Assembly (NCBI RefSeq): GCF_009914755.1
Contig: NC_060935.1
DNA from: the human T2T-CHM13v2.0 reference genome, Homo sapiens
DNA length: 64,000 nucleotides
Direction: 5' to 3' (one strand)
Part shown: piece after piece, positions 49,021 through 64,000 of the stretch
Layout: each line of letters begins with the position of its first letter
Position numbering within the stretch: position 1 is the first letter of the stretch
Program-made: the position numbers and the translations under genes
Notes under the pieces: generated by a model
What the model saw: only the letters and a program-made list of their open reading frames with translations
Databases searched by the model: none
Told to the model about the DNA's origin: nothing

Positions 49021-49529
49021 AGGGAAGGCTGTTTTCTAAAACTGACTCCCCCTGACCCATCTTCAGCGTCTGAGCAAGTGATGAGACAATGGGACAATAA
49101 AGCAATGGGTCAACAATGGCAACCAAATTATAGCAAAACCAAGTAAATTGATCTTGTAATTGATGAGTACGTCTACCCAAAGTTTTAAGTAATTCTCCTC
49201 TCACTTCGTTCAAGACAATGCATTATGCATGTGCAGCCTACATATAGAAGATGCTTTTTATTACTGTTAACAATATTAACTAAAATTTGCAGAATATTTA
49301 TTTTAAAAGCACTTTTATTATTACTACTACTACTGTTAATAGTATTACTACTACTACTACCACCTCCCTTTTGCAAAAGAACTAAAGATCAGAGGAGGGA
49401 AACAACCTGCTTAAAATTATATGAACACTAAGAAATGACGGTAGGACTCAAACTCAATTCCTATGACTCCAAAATCTGTGACTTTTTTCTTAAAGTTAAA
49501 CCCTTTTTTCATTTTTCAGCATGAAACCC

Positions 49530-51350
<1,821 letters not shown>

Positions 51351-51429
51351 GTGAGTAACATGAACATTTATTTTCCTAGAGAAAGGAGAAATGTAAGAAT
51401 ATAAAAGGGGCATAAATCGAAACTATATT

Positions 51430-51860
51430 TCTGCAAAGTATTTTGGCAATGTATAGTTAACAAAGGCCTCTAAGATGCCCACGTCGTGACACAGTAATTC
51501 TACCTCTAAGAATGTATTGTAAGGAAGGAATCAGAAATCCTGACAGAAGTTTACATACAAAAATGTTTCTCACAGCATTATTTGCAATAGCAACAAAATG
51601 GAACTACTTTAAACATATGAAAGGAATGGTTAAATAAATTACTGTACATCCATACAACAAAGATTATGAGCCATTTAAAATCTATATTCATGGATAATTT
51701 TAAGTGATAAAAATACTCATGATATTGAGTATTGTGAAAAAAGCAAGACACAACTGCATATTCAGTTAACTATATAATATAAAAATGCAGAGGGCAAAAA
51801 AATGTATAAAATACAACAAAATGTTACTGGAAGTTATATACAGTTATTGAGATCACATGT
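51430..51860 (+). mobile_element. Old L1M 3' fragment
   Basis: CAGTAATTCTACCTCTAAGAAT..CACAGCATTATTTGCAATAGCAA..GGTTAAATAAATTACTGTACATCCATAC. Confidence 0.65.
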
Positions 51861-52114
51861 GGTTTTTTTCTGCTTTAGCCTTTTTTCCTGCATTTACTGA
51901 ATTTAATGATATTATTTTTTCCTTTAAAACAATTTGTTTTAAGACACAGTCTCATTCCCGTTGCCCAGGCTGGTGTGCAGTGGCAGGACTACAGCTCACT
52001 GCAGCCTCGACTTTCCAGGCTCAGGTGATCCTCCCACCTCAACCTCGCAAAGTACTAGGATTACAGGTGTGTGCCAGTGCACCCAAGCTTTTTAAAAATT
52101 AAACTCTATTTTGA

Positions 52115-53740
52115 GATATCTCACTGTGGTTTTAATTTGCAGTTCCCTAACGGCTAATGATGTTGAACATCTCTTCATGGGGTTACATGCCATCTGTATA
52201 TCCTCTTCAGTGAAATGTTCCTTAACATCTTTTGCTGTTTTCTAATTGGATTACTTGGGGTTTTTTAATACTGAGTTTGGAGTTATTTATATATTCTAGA
52301 CAGTAGTCTTTATTGGATATGTGGTTCAAAAATATTTTCTCCCAGTCTGTAGTTTGCCTTTTCAGCCTTTTAACATGGTCTTTAGCAGACCAAAATGTTT
52401 TAGTTCTTATGAAGTCCAACTTACCAATTTTTCCTTTTCTAGATCATACTTTTGGTGTCAAGTCTCAGAACTCTTTGCCTAGCTCTATATCCTAAACATT
52501 TTCTCCTGTTATTTTCTAAAATTTTTTTTAGTTTTATGTTTTACATTTAAGTCCATGATCCACTCTCAGTTAATTTTTTTATAAGGTGTGAAGTTTAGGT
52601 CAGATTTTTCCTTTTTTCCTTTTTTTTTTTTTGTCTTATAGCTGTCCAGTTGCTCCAGCACCATTTATTTAAAAGGCTATCCTTCCTGCACTGAATTGCT
52701 TCTGCATCTTTATCAAAAATCAGTTGGGCAATGGCCAATGAATACAGCATTTTATTTTATTTTATTTTATTTTATTTTTATTTTATTTATTTATTTGAGA
52801 CAGAGTTTTGCTCTTGTTTCCCAGGCTGGAGTGCAATGGCGCGATCTTGGCTCACTGCAACCTCCACTGCACAGGTTCAAGGGATTCTCTGCCTCACCCT
52901 CCCAAGTAGCTGGGATTACTGGCATGTACCACCACACCCGGCTAATTTTTTTTTTTTTTTTTTTTTTTTTTTGTATATTTAGTAGAGACGGGGTTTCACC
53001 ATGTTGGTCAGGCTGGTTTCGAATGCCTGACCTCAGGTGATCCACCCACTAGGCCTCCCAAAGTGCTGGGATTACAGGCGTGAGCCACCGCACCAGGCCA
53101 GCATTTATTTTTTAAGTGATGATCATGTTCTGGAATTAAATGATGGTGAATGTTATAGAACTTTGTGAATATAATAAAAAACCACTGAATTTTACAGGTA
53201 TGTAAGTTATATCTCAATTTAAAAATTTACTGAGGATATCTGTATAGGTCTCTATTCTGTTATTCCTGCTTTTCTATTCTGTTTCATTGATCTTTGGTCT
53301 ATCCTTCTACCAATATTACACAATCTTGATTACTGGAGCTATACAATAAGTCTTGAAATCAGGTAGAGTGATTCCTCCAATTTTTTTATTCAGTTTAGCT
53401 ATTCTAGTTTCCTTGTATTTCTACACACAATTGATAATAATCTTGCCTATATCTACAAAAAATCTTCCTGGGCTTTTGATAAAAATTGCATTAAACTTGT
53501 AGATTAATTTGAGGAGAACTGACATCTTTACTATGTTGAGTCTTCCAATCATGAACACAGTATCTCTCACTATTTTGGTCTTTGATTTCTTTCATCAGCA
53601 TTTTGCAGTTTTCAGTATACAAGTAAGTCCTATATACGTTTTGTTAGATATATGCTCAAGTATTTCTTTTGATTGAACTGTTATAAATGGTATTGCATGT
53701 ATTTCCATGTGTTCACTGCTAATATATAAAAATGCAATTG
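52115..53740 (-). mobile_element. L1M ORF2 3' portion, antisense, interrupted by an Alu (52750-53099)
   Basis: ORF 52222-52419 (DFIRTKTFWSAKDHVKRLKRQTTDWEKIF) resembles the L1 ORF2 motif DLIKLKSFCTAKE..RQPTEWEKIF. Confidence 0.85.
52750..53099 (-). mobile_element. Alu (AluS-like)
   Basis: Reverse dimer with (TTTTA)n tail; TSD CAGCATTT. Confidence 0.93.
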
Positions 53741-53741
53741 A

Positions 53742-53977
53742 TTTTTGTTTTTTTGTTTTTGTTTTGCCTTGTTTAGAGACAAGGTCTTGCTCTGTTGCCC
53801 AGGCTCCTGGCTAGAGTCCAGTGGCATGATCATAGCTCACTACAACCTCAAACTCCCGGGCTCAAGCAATCCTCCTAGCTCAGCCTCCCGAGTAGCTGGG
53901 ACTATGACACGCATCACCACACCCACCTTTTCTTTTTTTTTTTTTTTTAAAAGAGATGGGTTCTCACTATGTTGCCC
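53742..53977 (-). mobile_element. Alu (AluJ-like), 5'-truncated
   Basis: Reverse right arm + start of left arm, cut at ATGTTGCCC. Confidence 0.85.
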
Positions 53978-54002
53978 ATAATGTTTATGAGATTAAGTTC
54001 AT

Positions 54003-54180
54003 CTTTTTTATCTGAGTAGTATTTTATTGTATGAATATACCACCATTTATTTATCTGTTGGTTATTTCCAGTTTTGGGCTATAATCCAAAATGCTTTTTT
54101 CAAACAATAGGCTATATATCATTAATGTCCGTTTATCAGCAGTATAAAATATCTTACCATAAATATTAATAAAAGAAGCA
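54003..54180 (+). repeat. 178-bp local direct duplication, copy 1 (copy 2 at 56285-56462)
   Basis: CTTTTTTATCTGAGTA..ATAAAAGAAGCA; 5 mismatches, no indels. Confidence 0.95.
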
Positions 54181-54677
54181 TTCATATATAAAATATAGAT
54201 ATTTCAAACCCTACAGAGGGCCTTTTAATGATTAAATATTTTGTCCTTACAAAAAGGTCCAGGTAATTACACCCATGAGGTTAACCTGCCTTAGTGCAGG
54301 ACTTAAAATAAGGCTTCTCCTGCCATCTCTCTCCATTTGTAGAATGTGAAATTCTTTAAAATGCATCCTATATTAGGAATACTATAGCTGTGCACTGGTG
54401 TTTGTTCTCTTCTTTAAACTCGGGACCGTATATATCTGCTCAAATTGCCCAAGTATACATATGCTGCACTCCATCAAGTGTCAGGCCACATTCTATCAGC
54501 ACAGCGTGACTGCCTATCAGTGACAATATAAGTGAGCTCTATTTGGATCCCTCTTACCCTACCTTTTATATTTATGACAGCATTATCATAAAACTCCAAT
54601 ATTCTTCAATAACTTACATGTTTGTTGTAGGATAAAATTATTACCCTCAATGAACTACATAAAAATATAGAAAAAAT

Positions 54678-55025
54678 AGCTGGGTGCAGTGGCTCACACC
54701 TGTAATTCCAGCACTTTGGGAGGCCAAGGCAGGTGGATCACGAGGTCAAGAGATCAAGACCATCCTGGCTAACTCAGTGAAACCTCGTCTCTACTAAAAA
54801 TACAAAACAAAAAAAAATTAGCCAGGCGTCGTGGTGGGCGCCTGTAGTCTCAGCTACTCAGGAGGCTGAGGCAGGAGAATGGTGTGAAGCCAGGAGGCAG
54901 AGCTTGCAGTGAGCAGAGATTGCGCCACTGCACTCCAGTCTGGGGGGAAAGAGCGAGACTCCGTCTAAAAAAAAAAAAAAAAGAAAGAAAAGAAAAGAAA
55001 AAAAAAGAAAAGGAAAAGAAAAGAA
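54678..55025 (+). mobile_element. Alu (AluY/Sc-like)
   Basis: GATCACGAGGTCAAGAGATCAAGACCATCCTGGCTAAC; A/(GAAAA)n tail. Confidence 0.93.
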
Positions 55026-56284
55026 AACATTTTCAGATTTGAAGAAAAAAATCTGATAATGGATATAAGAAGATTGATCAGGCTCAAGGCAAATTATTAA
55101 TTAGTATTAGAAACCAACACCAACTGGTTCTTCAACCATTATCAAACACATTGATAACAGTATATGAAATGAAGGAATCTCACATAAATAATGTAATAGC
55201 CATTTGTCACTGGAGGTCACCTTTTATGACAAGAAAAATAATCCCACGTTCTTCATATGTTTAATGAAGTTAAGTTTTATAAAACAGATTTATAATCGCT
55301 GCCATGTATCATTCTGGGGGAGAAAAAAACAGTAAGCACAAAAAGAAAGCCTAAGATTATGGACAGAAAAAAAATTCAAAGAAAACTTAAATCTAACAAC
55401 AAAAATACCATAGCACTGTATAAGTTATCACATAGAACATGAAGAACTAGTATACATTCCAGAGGAAAAGCTTGTTAAATCCTACACTGCTAACACTATA
55501 ACTATATTGAATAAACATACTGCCCCTTAAATATAATTAGCACCATTATTTGAAAACAGAGACAAGAGAAAAGCATCTATAAGACTTGAATGATAAAAGC
55601 TGAAATTATGTGAAATCCTTATACTTCAGGCAAGGACATGAATGCTAAAGATCTCAAATTTTCTCAGTGACATGCAAGTAAATGAAAGTAAAGATACGGT
55701 TTATTTGTAAAACACGATGCACAATTGAAGGGAGAAATTAAGTATTTAGATCACTTTTTAGCATGCCCTCAAGTAAGTCGGCCAAAACATAATGAGATCA
55801 GTACTGGTGGTTAAGAAAAGAGTAACACCAAAAACTTCAGAAAAAGTGGGTCTTATAAAGGCTGTTTCCTAAATGTAGTAATGTATAAGTAATCATGCCA
55901 TGCTCCACAGACAAGCAAGAGATGTTAAGAAGATGCCAGCACGATTCCAATTATCAATTGTATTAAGGCATGGTCTTTACATTTCAAACTTTACAGAGTT
56001 ACCTGGAATTATACAGTAAGTTCCAGAATCTCCTCTTTCATTTGTGAATCTGTTCGCTACCCAAAGGCAAGTTCTATTATAAATAGTCAATTAAGATCCA
56101 AAAAAACCAAACTTATTTTTTGCTTTTGGTTAACAAGAAATTCCTTTAGCTTAATTGTAACATGGCTACAGCAATCAGTGTACCTTGCTAATATTTTTAA
56201 TAACTTTGTAACATAAGGTTGTGATGTTACCATGTTTTACAACTGCAAATAATGCAATGATAAAACTGAAAGTTTTGAACTGAA

Positions 56285-56462
56285 CTTTTTTATCTGAGTA
56301 ATATTTTATTGTATGAATATACCACCATTTATTTATCTCTTGGTTGTTTCCAGTTCTGGGCTATAATCCAAAATGCTTTTTTCAAACAATAGGCTATATA
56401 TCATTAATGTCCATTTATCAGCAGTATAAAATATCTTACCATAAATATTAATAAAAGAAGCA
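56285..56462 (+). repeat. 178-bp local direct duplication, copy 2
   Basis: Matches 54003-54180. Confidence 0.95.
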
Positions 56463-56732
56463 GTATAAACAAAATCTGTTTATTTTAAAACTGAGTGAAT
56501 AAAAGGCAGAGATAGGCAATGAGGAAATGAGGAATTTTTTAATGATGCAGATAATATGTTCTAAAATATAATGAAGACCTAAATTAGCTGAGAAATGTGT
56601 TCAACAATCACTCCAAACTAAGTATGAATTAATGATTCTATCAATTCATTAATTCTATTAAATCTATTAATGATTCTATTAAACATTAATGATTCTATTT
56701 GCAAATTAAAACTTCCTGCTATTCCATTTTAA

Positions 56733-57478
<746 letters not shown>

Positions 57479-59597
57479 AAAAATAAAATTTAAAAAAAAA
57501 TAATGTAGGTAGTTTCTCATAGTAACGTAAAGAATATGTAACCTGTGTTTTCCTGAAAGTTGAGGGAAAGCTGAGGCAGCTAATGGGCTCATACAAAGGT
57601 TTGGAAGACCCATTCTGACTACCTAAAGGAGAGTCAGCATTCTGACCATTCTGACTGTGCTTATAGAAGAGTCAGAACTTGTGAAGAAAGAAGCCTTAAA
57701 ATCCAAGGTAGTAATCATCCTGGGAAATATTTCAGGAAATAACTTAAGGTTTGTATTTTCCCCTAAAATTGTTAGAAGAAAAGAAATGAAGATCTACATA
57801 TATGCTCTTTTAGAGCTGAGAATAGCTTCTATAAAGCAGAATTTTAGACTTTTCTCCCCAAAGGAAAATAGGCATATTTATTGTAATTATTCTATCACAG
57901 TCAACTTGTGTTAACATATCGTTAATTCTTCCAGAACTGCTACATGTCACCAAATCAAAGCCAGTGTGAAAAATATATTAAATGACTCTTCGGCAAAATA
58001 CGGTTTCCAATGGGGCAATGAAAAACATGAAATAACTCAGATGAAAGTTGGGATAGTATATAAAAATACGCAGATTCTTTTTCAATGTGAAACCTCTGAT
58101 TCATTAAGAAATAAATCCCTTAAAGGAAAACCAATACCATATGAATCAATCAATTCATTTCTAATGTAAGAATGGGTACAACAAAATTTAAATGTGTTTT
58201 ATACAGTACTAATTAGTCATGCAAGATCTTAACATTTTGCTTGTTTGCCTGCCCCCATACCTAACTACTATATATCATTTGTTTCTATCTTTAAAATATT
58301 TGATCATAGAAATTAAGCCTAAGAATATTGGGGGCTTTTTTCCCCATAAGAAACTACTCAAGGTAAGTATTACTCTAGGAAAATTGTGTTGCCTGGTCTT
58401 TATCCAGAATCTTGGTTGTGTCTGCTGCAAAAAAGGGAAAAACTGCTTTTTCAAGGCCATAGCAAACACAGCATGACATGAAAAATCTAAAAGATTCTGA
58501 GAGTTAGGAAATCTTCTAAAGGATCCTCTCGCCATTTAAGAGGCAGGAAAACTTCCCAAGGTAAACCAGGGAAAAATCAAGAGTCTCTGTAAAATATATA
58601 GCAATATAATAAATTCACAACAGCCCTTGCCTTCAAGCAGCATACATTAACAATAAAAGTCAACTACAAGAGATATCAGAAAGCAAAACAAGACTAATTG
58701 CCACATGACTCAGAGACAATTAGGCTATTTCAGTTCAAAGGAGGGAATGATCATCATGAGCCAGAATAGCTGAGAAAGCTTCACTAAGGCTGAGAAGCAA
58801 CTTAAGCTGTCAGGAATAGGTGTTGGTACTGAGGACGGGGCAGCTCACTCTGGCCCCATGTTTAGACTCCTGTCTTCATTGTCCTGACTCCTGAAGAAGG
58901 ATATGGCAAAGGATGTGAATCTGACAGCTTTTAACAACATAAGGCAACCAGCTTTGAATTTGCCTCCTGTGTAAGTGGGGTGATTGCCCTAGATAAAGCA
59001 ACAGTTTCCAAGGCAGAAAAAAAGAGATGATAATCCAGCAGAAGAAGAAAAACACACACACAAAAACCAACAGAACCACCACAAAGCCAAGTGATTCAAA
59101 CACCTGACCCTGGTTTCCTTGCCAAGAAACAAGTTAATTCCTATGCTAAGCACCTTTCCTCTGTTTTCACATTTCTTCTGTTTTCAAATGCTGAATTCAA
59201 CAAGAAATCATAAAATCATACCACTTTAGTAGTTCTGAAAAGTTTTATAATGCCTCTTTTTTGTTGTGTACTATGGGGTGGAAAACTCTTTTGTCTTATT
59301 CCTGAATCAAGAAAGTAGAAACCTTTGCCAGAATCATTTGCACTAGATAAGTGAATTTGCATATCAGACCATATTTTTAAAAGCAGAAACATCCTGTATA
59401 GAGACTCTCCTTATAGAATGACTGACCTGCCTTGGCCTAAGGAAGCCTTCTCCCCCTCTTCCAAGCACAATCTTCCTGTTTTCTCAGCCTCATCTGAACC
59501 CGCTCAACCAAACAAAGAACCACTCAAACAAAATTTCACAGAATACCAACTTTAATAATTTCTAGCCAAATCAACACAAACTGTGGCTCTGGCCTAG

Positions 59598-59910
<313 letters not shown>

Positions 59911-60000
59911 GCTACAAGATTCTTTATTTGCAATGACTCTCCTCTCCTTTTACCTTTGTTAATAATCACTCATTTCTTCCCCACAGATGCATCAAAGCTA

Positions 60001-60372
<372 letters not shown>

Positions 60373-60540
60373 CTACGTTGAGACTACTGTAATTCTTAGC
60401 ACAAAGACAGAAAAAGTTGACTCAAGGCTGTCATTTAAAAGAAAAAGCATAATTAATAAACCTTATTTGATAAATAAAAAGATACCTATTGTCTTCATAT
60501 TACAAACACCGAAAATAAAGCTCAACAATGAAAAAATATA

Positions 60541-60671
60541 TTTTTTTAATTGTGTTTGTTTGTAGAGGTGAGGTCTCGCTATGTTGCCCTGGTCTTGAAC
60601 TCACTTAAGTGATCCTCCCACTTCAGCCTCCCATAGTGCTGGGATCACAGGCGTAAGCCACCATGCCTGGC
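60541..60671 (-). mobile_element. Alu monomer (FLAM-like)
   Basis: Reverse single arm. Confidence 0.8.
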
Positions 60672-60939
60672 AAGAAAATGTTCAGAACAAACCCTACAAT
60701 TAACTCAGTTCATGACAGACTTGTTACTAATGTATGATGTTTGCAGTGTATAAATGGTGCAATGTACACTACAATTCTCACTGCATATTATAAACAGACA
60801 TGTTACTATGAAGTTGAGGGAGTGGAAGAAAACAGACTTAATGCTTTAGCTGACTAAAATCGAAAGGTCCACATTCAAAAGACATATTTTTTTAAGAAAT
60901 TAGGAGTTAATTTTATGTTAAGTAAAACCTATTGTATCA

Positions 60940-61170
60940 TAAGTAACATTTGTTGGGCACTTAATATGTAGTAGGTACTATAGCTAAGTGCTTTACATGA
61001 TCATCTGATTTAATCCTCACATAGACACTAAAGAAGTAGTTACTATTATTTTACAAAGAAGAAAACTACGGTTTACAACTGTTAAGAAACTTGCCCAAAC
61101 TGCTAATAAATGAAGAAGCTGAAACTCCCATCCAGGTTTTCCTGACTCCAAAGCCTGGACTCACCACTAT
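60940..61170 (-). mobile_element. MIR
   Basis: AACATTTGTTGGGCACTTA..AAGTGCTTTACATG..TTTAATCCTCAC..TTTTACAAAGAAGAAAACT..AACTTGCCCAA..CTGACTCCAAAGCC. Confidence 0.75.
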
Positions 61171-61399
61171 TTCTTCAACAAGGATAGCAGCAGGTTCTAG
61201 TGTATAAATAAAATAAACACAGTGACTAAACACATTTCCCCACACACTCATCTCTACCACTCCCACAGCCCACCTGAACTCTAGCTAATTGTTCTTAGTC
61301 ACTGAAAACATTACATGGCTAGATAAATGATAAATGTCAGCTTTGAAAAGGGGAAAAGAAAGTGCCTTATGAGCTTGAGCCACAGATGATGGGCCCTCT

Positions 61400-62050
61400 T
61401 TTTCAAAGCCTTGTCTGCTCATTTGTTCATTCAAATCTCACTGAGCACCTATCATAGCAAGCAGTACTGTATAGTGATAAAGAGCAGAAGAATGCTTAGG
61501 TTCAAATCCTGGCGCCATCACTAACTGAGCATGTGACTGAGTAAGTTACTCTACTTCTTCACTACATTAATTATCTAAAGCATTTAGAACTGTGCTCGTC
61601 ATTTATTATAGTAAACAACAAATGTTAGCTGACATTATTACTCTGTTAATAATGTTACTAGGCAATAGCTAAGCTACAAGCTTCTGGGTGATATGGCATG
61701 CTATTCCCTCTCTTCTGAAGCTCGAAATCTAAGACATGTGCATAAATAACCACAAATAAATCTGTAAATAACACTATAGGTATTAGTACATAAATGCTAC
61801 AGATGTGCCAAGGAAGAGATTACTTCTAGCTAAAGATATCAGGGAAGGTCTCATGGAAAAGGTGCACTTGAGCCAGACCATAATACAAAAAGTAGAGGAG
61901 AACATTCCACATACAGAATATAATCATGGAATAGTAAATTGAGCTCAAGTGAAGACTTACCATGGAAGACTGGTGATGAATAAACCTGGGAATGTAGATA
62001 AGATTAGGGACCAGATTATCCAGAAACTTAAAGATCCAAATAAAGAGTTC
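61400..62050. mobile_element. L2 fragment (-) with an embedded MIR (+, about 61465-61640)
   Basis: TTCATTCAAA..CTGAGCACCTA L2 end; GGTTCAAATCCTGGCGCCATCACTAACT MIR core; ATCAGGGAAGGTCTCATGGAAAAGGTG L2 motif. Confidence 0.55.
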
Positions 62051-62074
62051 ACATATAAATACTATCATCATATT

Positions 62075-62320
62075 TTCTTTTCTTTTCTTTTTCATTGTAT
62101 ATATTTAAGGTATACAACACAATGTTTTTATATACTTATATATAGTGAAATGGTTACTATAGTCAAGCAAATTAATTTATCCATCACCTCACAGTTACCT
62201 GCCTCCTTTTTTTTTTTTTTTTTTTAGCAAGGGCAACTAAAATCTACTCTCAAAAAAAATCCCAGTGCAATACAATATTATTAACTATAGCCCTCATGTT
62301 ATACATTGGATCTCCAGAAT
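62075..62320 (-). mobile_element. L1MA-like 3' end
   Basis: ATTGTATATATTTAAGGTATACAACA..GAAATGGTTACTATAGTCAAGCAAATTAA..ATATTATTAACTATAG..CATGTTATACATTGGATCTCCAGAA. Confidence 0.8.
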
Positions 62321-64000
62321 ATCGTATTTTAAAATGTAAGCTAGTATTAATATTGCTCAAAGTGGAATACACATATAAAAATGTAAAAAGAGAGAATTCA
62401 GATCTCCAGAATATCATATTTTAAAATGAAAAAAGAAAGAATTCCCCCAATTTGGGGGATAGCAGGAAGTACTGTAAGAGATGGGGAAAAAAATAGCAAA
62501 GCAAGTCAGAGGAGATGTGGAAGAAAGCCAGGTTTCACAGGTAATGCATTTATATAGACCAGCTTTCCTCAAACTGTATGGTAGTCACATAAATTTGAGA
62601 AAGGCTACATGCCCCACCCTCATCTAGCCCTTCAGGGATCCACAAGACACTGGTACTTCAAGACCTCTCAAATGACCTGTAATTTTAAAACTAATTTTGT
62701 CCACTCTATATATTCCCAAACTTATTTAATAAAAAAAATCCTTTTCCTCCTAATATATTTAAGCAATGAGGGATACTAGTGTTCTACAAAACTCATTCTA
62801 GAAAACTTTGATGCTAAAATATCTGAAAATAATTGGGAAAAGTATGATGCCATATGAGATGAGATGGGAGATGTCTTAACAGTTCTATAATCATTTTTCA
62901 GAAAGACTTTTCCAAGATCACAGACTACTCTGGAAGTCTAATTTTGTTTTTACCCTAAGAGGCAAGTAAACCAACTAAAGGAGTTCTATAAATGATTATC
63001 ATGCTTTGTTTTCTACCTGGCAACACAACTTTTAAGACTAAACTCTGACAACAATACAATTTGAATTACTTCTGATTTCCTTGTCCAAAGATGCCCTAAG
63101 GATTTCAAGAAGTATTTTCCTTTACTGATCAGAAAAGGAAACAGGTAGAGCCCGTTTATCCCTACTCTTTTTTTTCATGTCTTTTTCATCTTTTTCTCTC
63201 CAGTTTACCATTTTCCATTCTCTATTCTTCCATTCATATGTAATTTTCCCTTTACTGGCCCACTTTTGTCCCATGTACTCATGTCCTCCTTATTTCTCCC
63301 AGCTCCCTGCTCAAATTATTATCTGGAGCCTGGGGACTGCCATTATGACCAAAGAGCATGTTCAACTGCTAATAACTGACTTCGAGGGTTACAGAAGGCT
63401 CATGATATGCTATAGTTCCCCCATTTTTAGCCTACAGTAGACACTGCCCATTCTGCCAAAGCACTCTTTCTCACTAAACCCACAGTGCTCTCAACAGCTA
63501 CTTCTAATCTCTGGAAGTTAAAACCTATTTGCAGACAGGTCCTATATGTTCTCATTTGTATTCTTTAGATCTATTGGCTGAAATGTGAAATACGCTAGTA
63601 AACGCAATTCGCAGGTAAGAAAGGAGGCACAATGGTTAAAGGCCAGAGTGTTGTCTCGCTGCACATCTACATGTGTCTGGTTCTTAAAAGTCAGTGTCTG
63701 CATTAGAAGCATTTGAGGAACAGTACAGGACTTTGCCAAAATACCAGTACAACCAGGAATCCTCGTATACTTAACACACATAAGGATAAATAAAAACAAT
63801 GAGGATAAACTTCAAAACAACCTTGAGACATTTTATTTTCCAGGAGTCTTTCCTCCACACTGACTACCCGAATGTTTTCAGTAAGCATTTTGCTGTGGTT
63901 TCTCAGTTAGATTTCATCTAAATATGAGTAATCATCCTAATTAAGAAAAGCCAACTGGCTAAAATGCTAAAAGATCAAGCCCTCCCTTAAAATAATATCT

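Noticed and set aside
49185-49431. Hydrophobic poly-Leu / poly-Ser ORFs
   Set aside because: Derived from a (TAC/TAT)n low-complexity tract beside a MIR.
52222-52419. 65-aa ORF with recognisable protein similarity
   Set aside because: Decayed L1 ORF2 fragment.
62555-62812. Possible old hAT-Charlie MER fragment
   Set aside because: Too degenerate to assign by eye.
63600-63640. + strand donor-like CAG|GTAAGA with a few CpGs
   Set aside because: Isolated site with no supportable partner acceptor or frame.

Overview
Primate (human-like) non-coding DNA. It is AT-rich, CpG-depleted and dense in Alus (about 60 full or partial copies), with older L1M, L2 and MIR fragments, MaLR and ERV1 solo LTRs (MLT1, MER21, MER39-like) and DNA-transposon fossils (MER47-, MER107-, MER30-, MER8-, Tigger3a- and MADE1-like). 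No convincing canonical protein-coding exon is present, and most ORFs in the supplied track are Alu or L1 translation artefacts. Two retrocopies are clear: a Y4 RNA (RNY4) pseudogene at 37137-37231 (+) and a full-length RPS27 processed pseudogene with an intact ORF at 56989-57344 (-). The apparent A/C excess of the + strand (judged by eye) suggests a large intron of a gene transcribed on the - strand. From memory only, an RNY4 pseudogene about 20 kb from an RPS27 pseudogene fits the first intron of SIK3; this is unverified. The most notable observations are: (1) a TSD-flanked micro-retroinsertion made of only about 25 nt of ANTISENSE L1 ORF2 plus an A-tail; (2) a cluster of short locally templated duplications (70 bp direct, about 160 bp inverted into an Alu head, 178 bp direct); (3) fold-back Alu fusions; (4) a candidate - strand alternative terminal exon with a 40-codon frame; (5) candidate enhancer motif clusters and a (GGAA)19 microsatellite. 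Repeat subfamily names come from recalled consensus sequences, and repeat boundaries are approximate.
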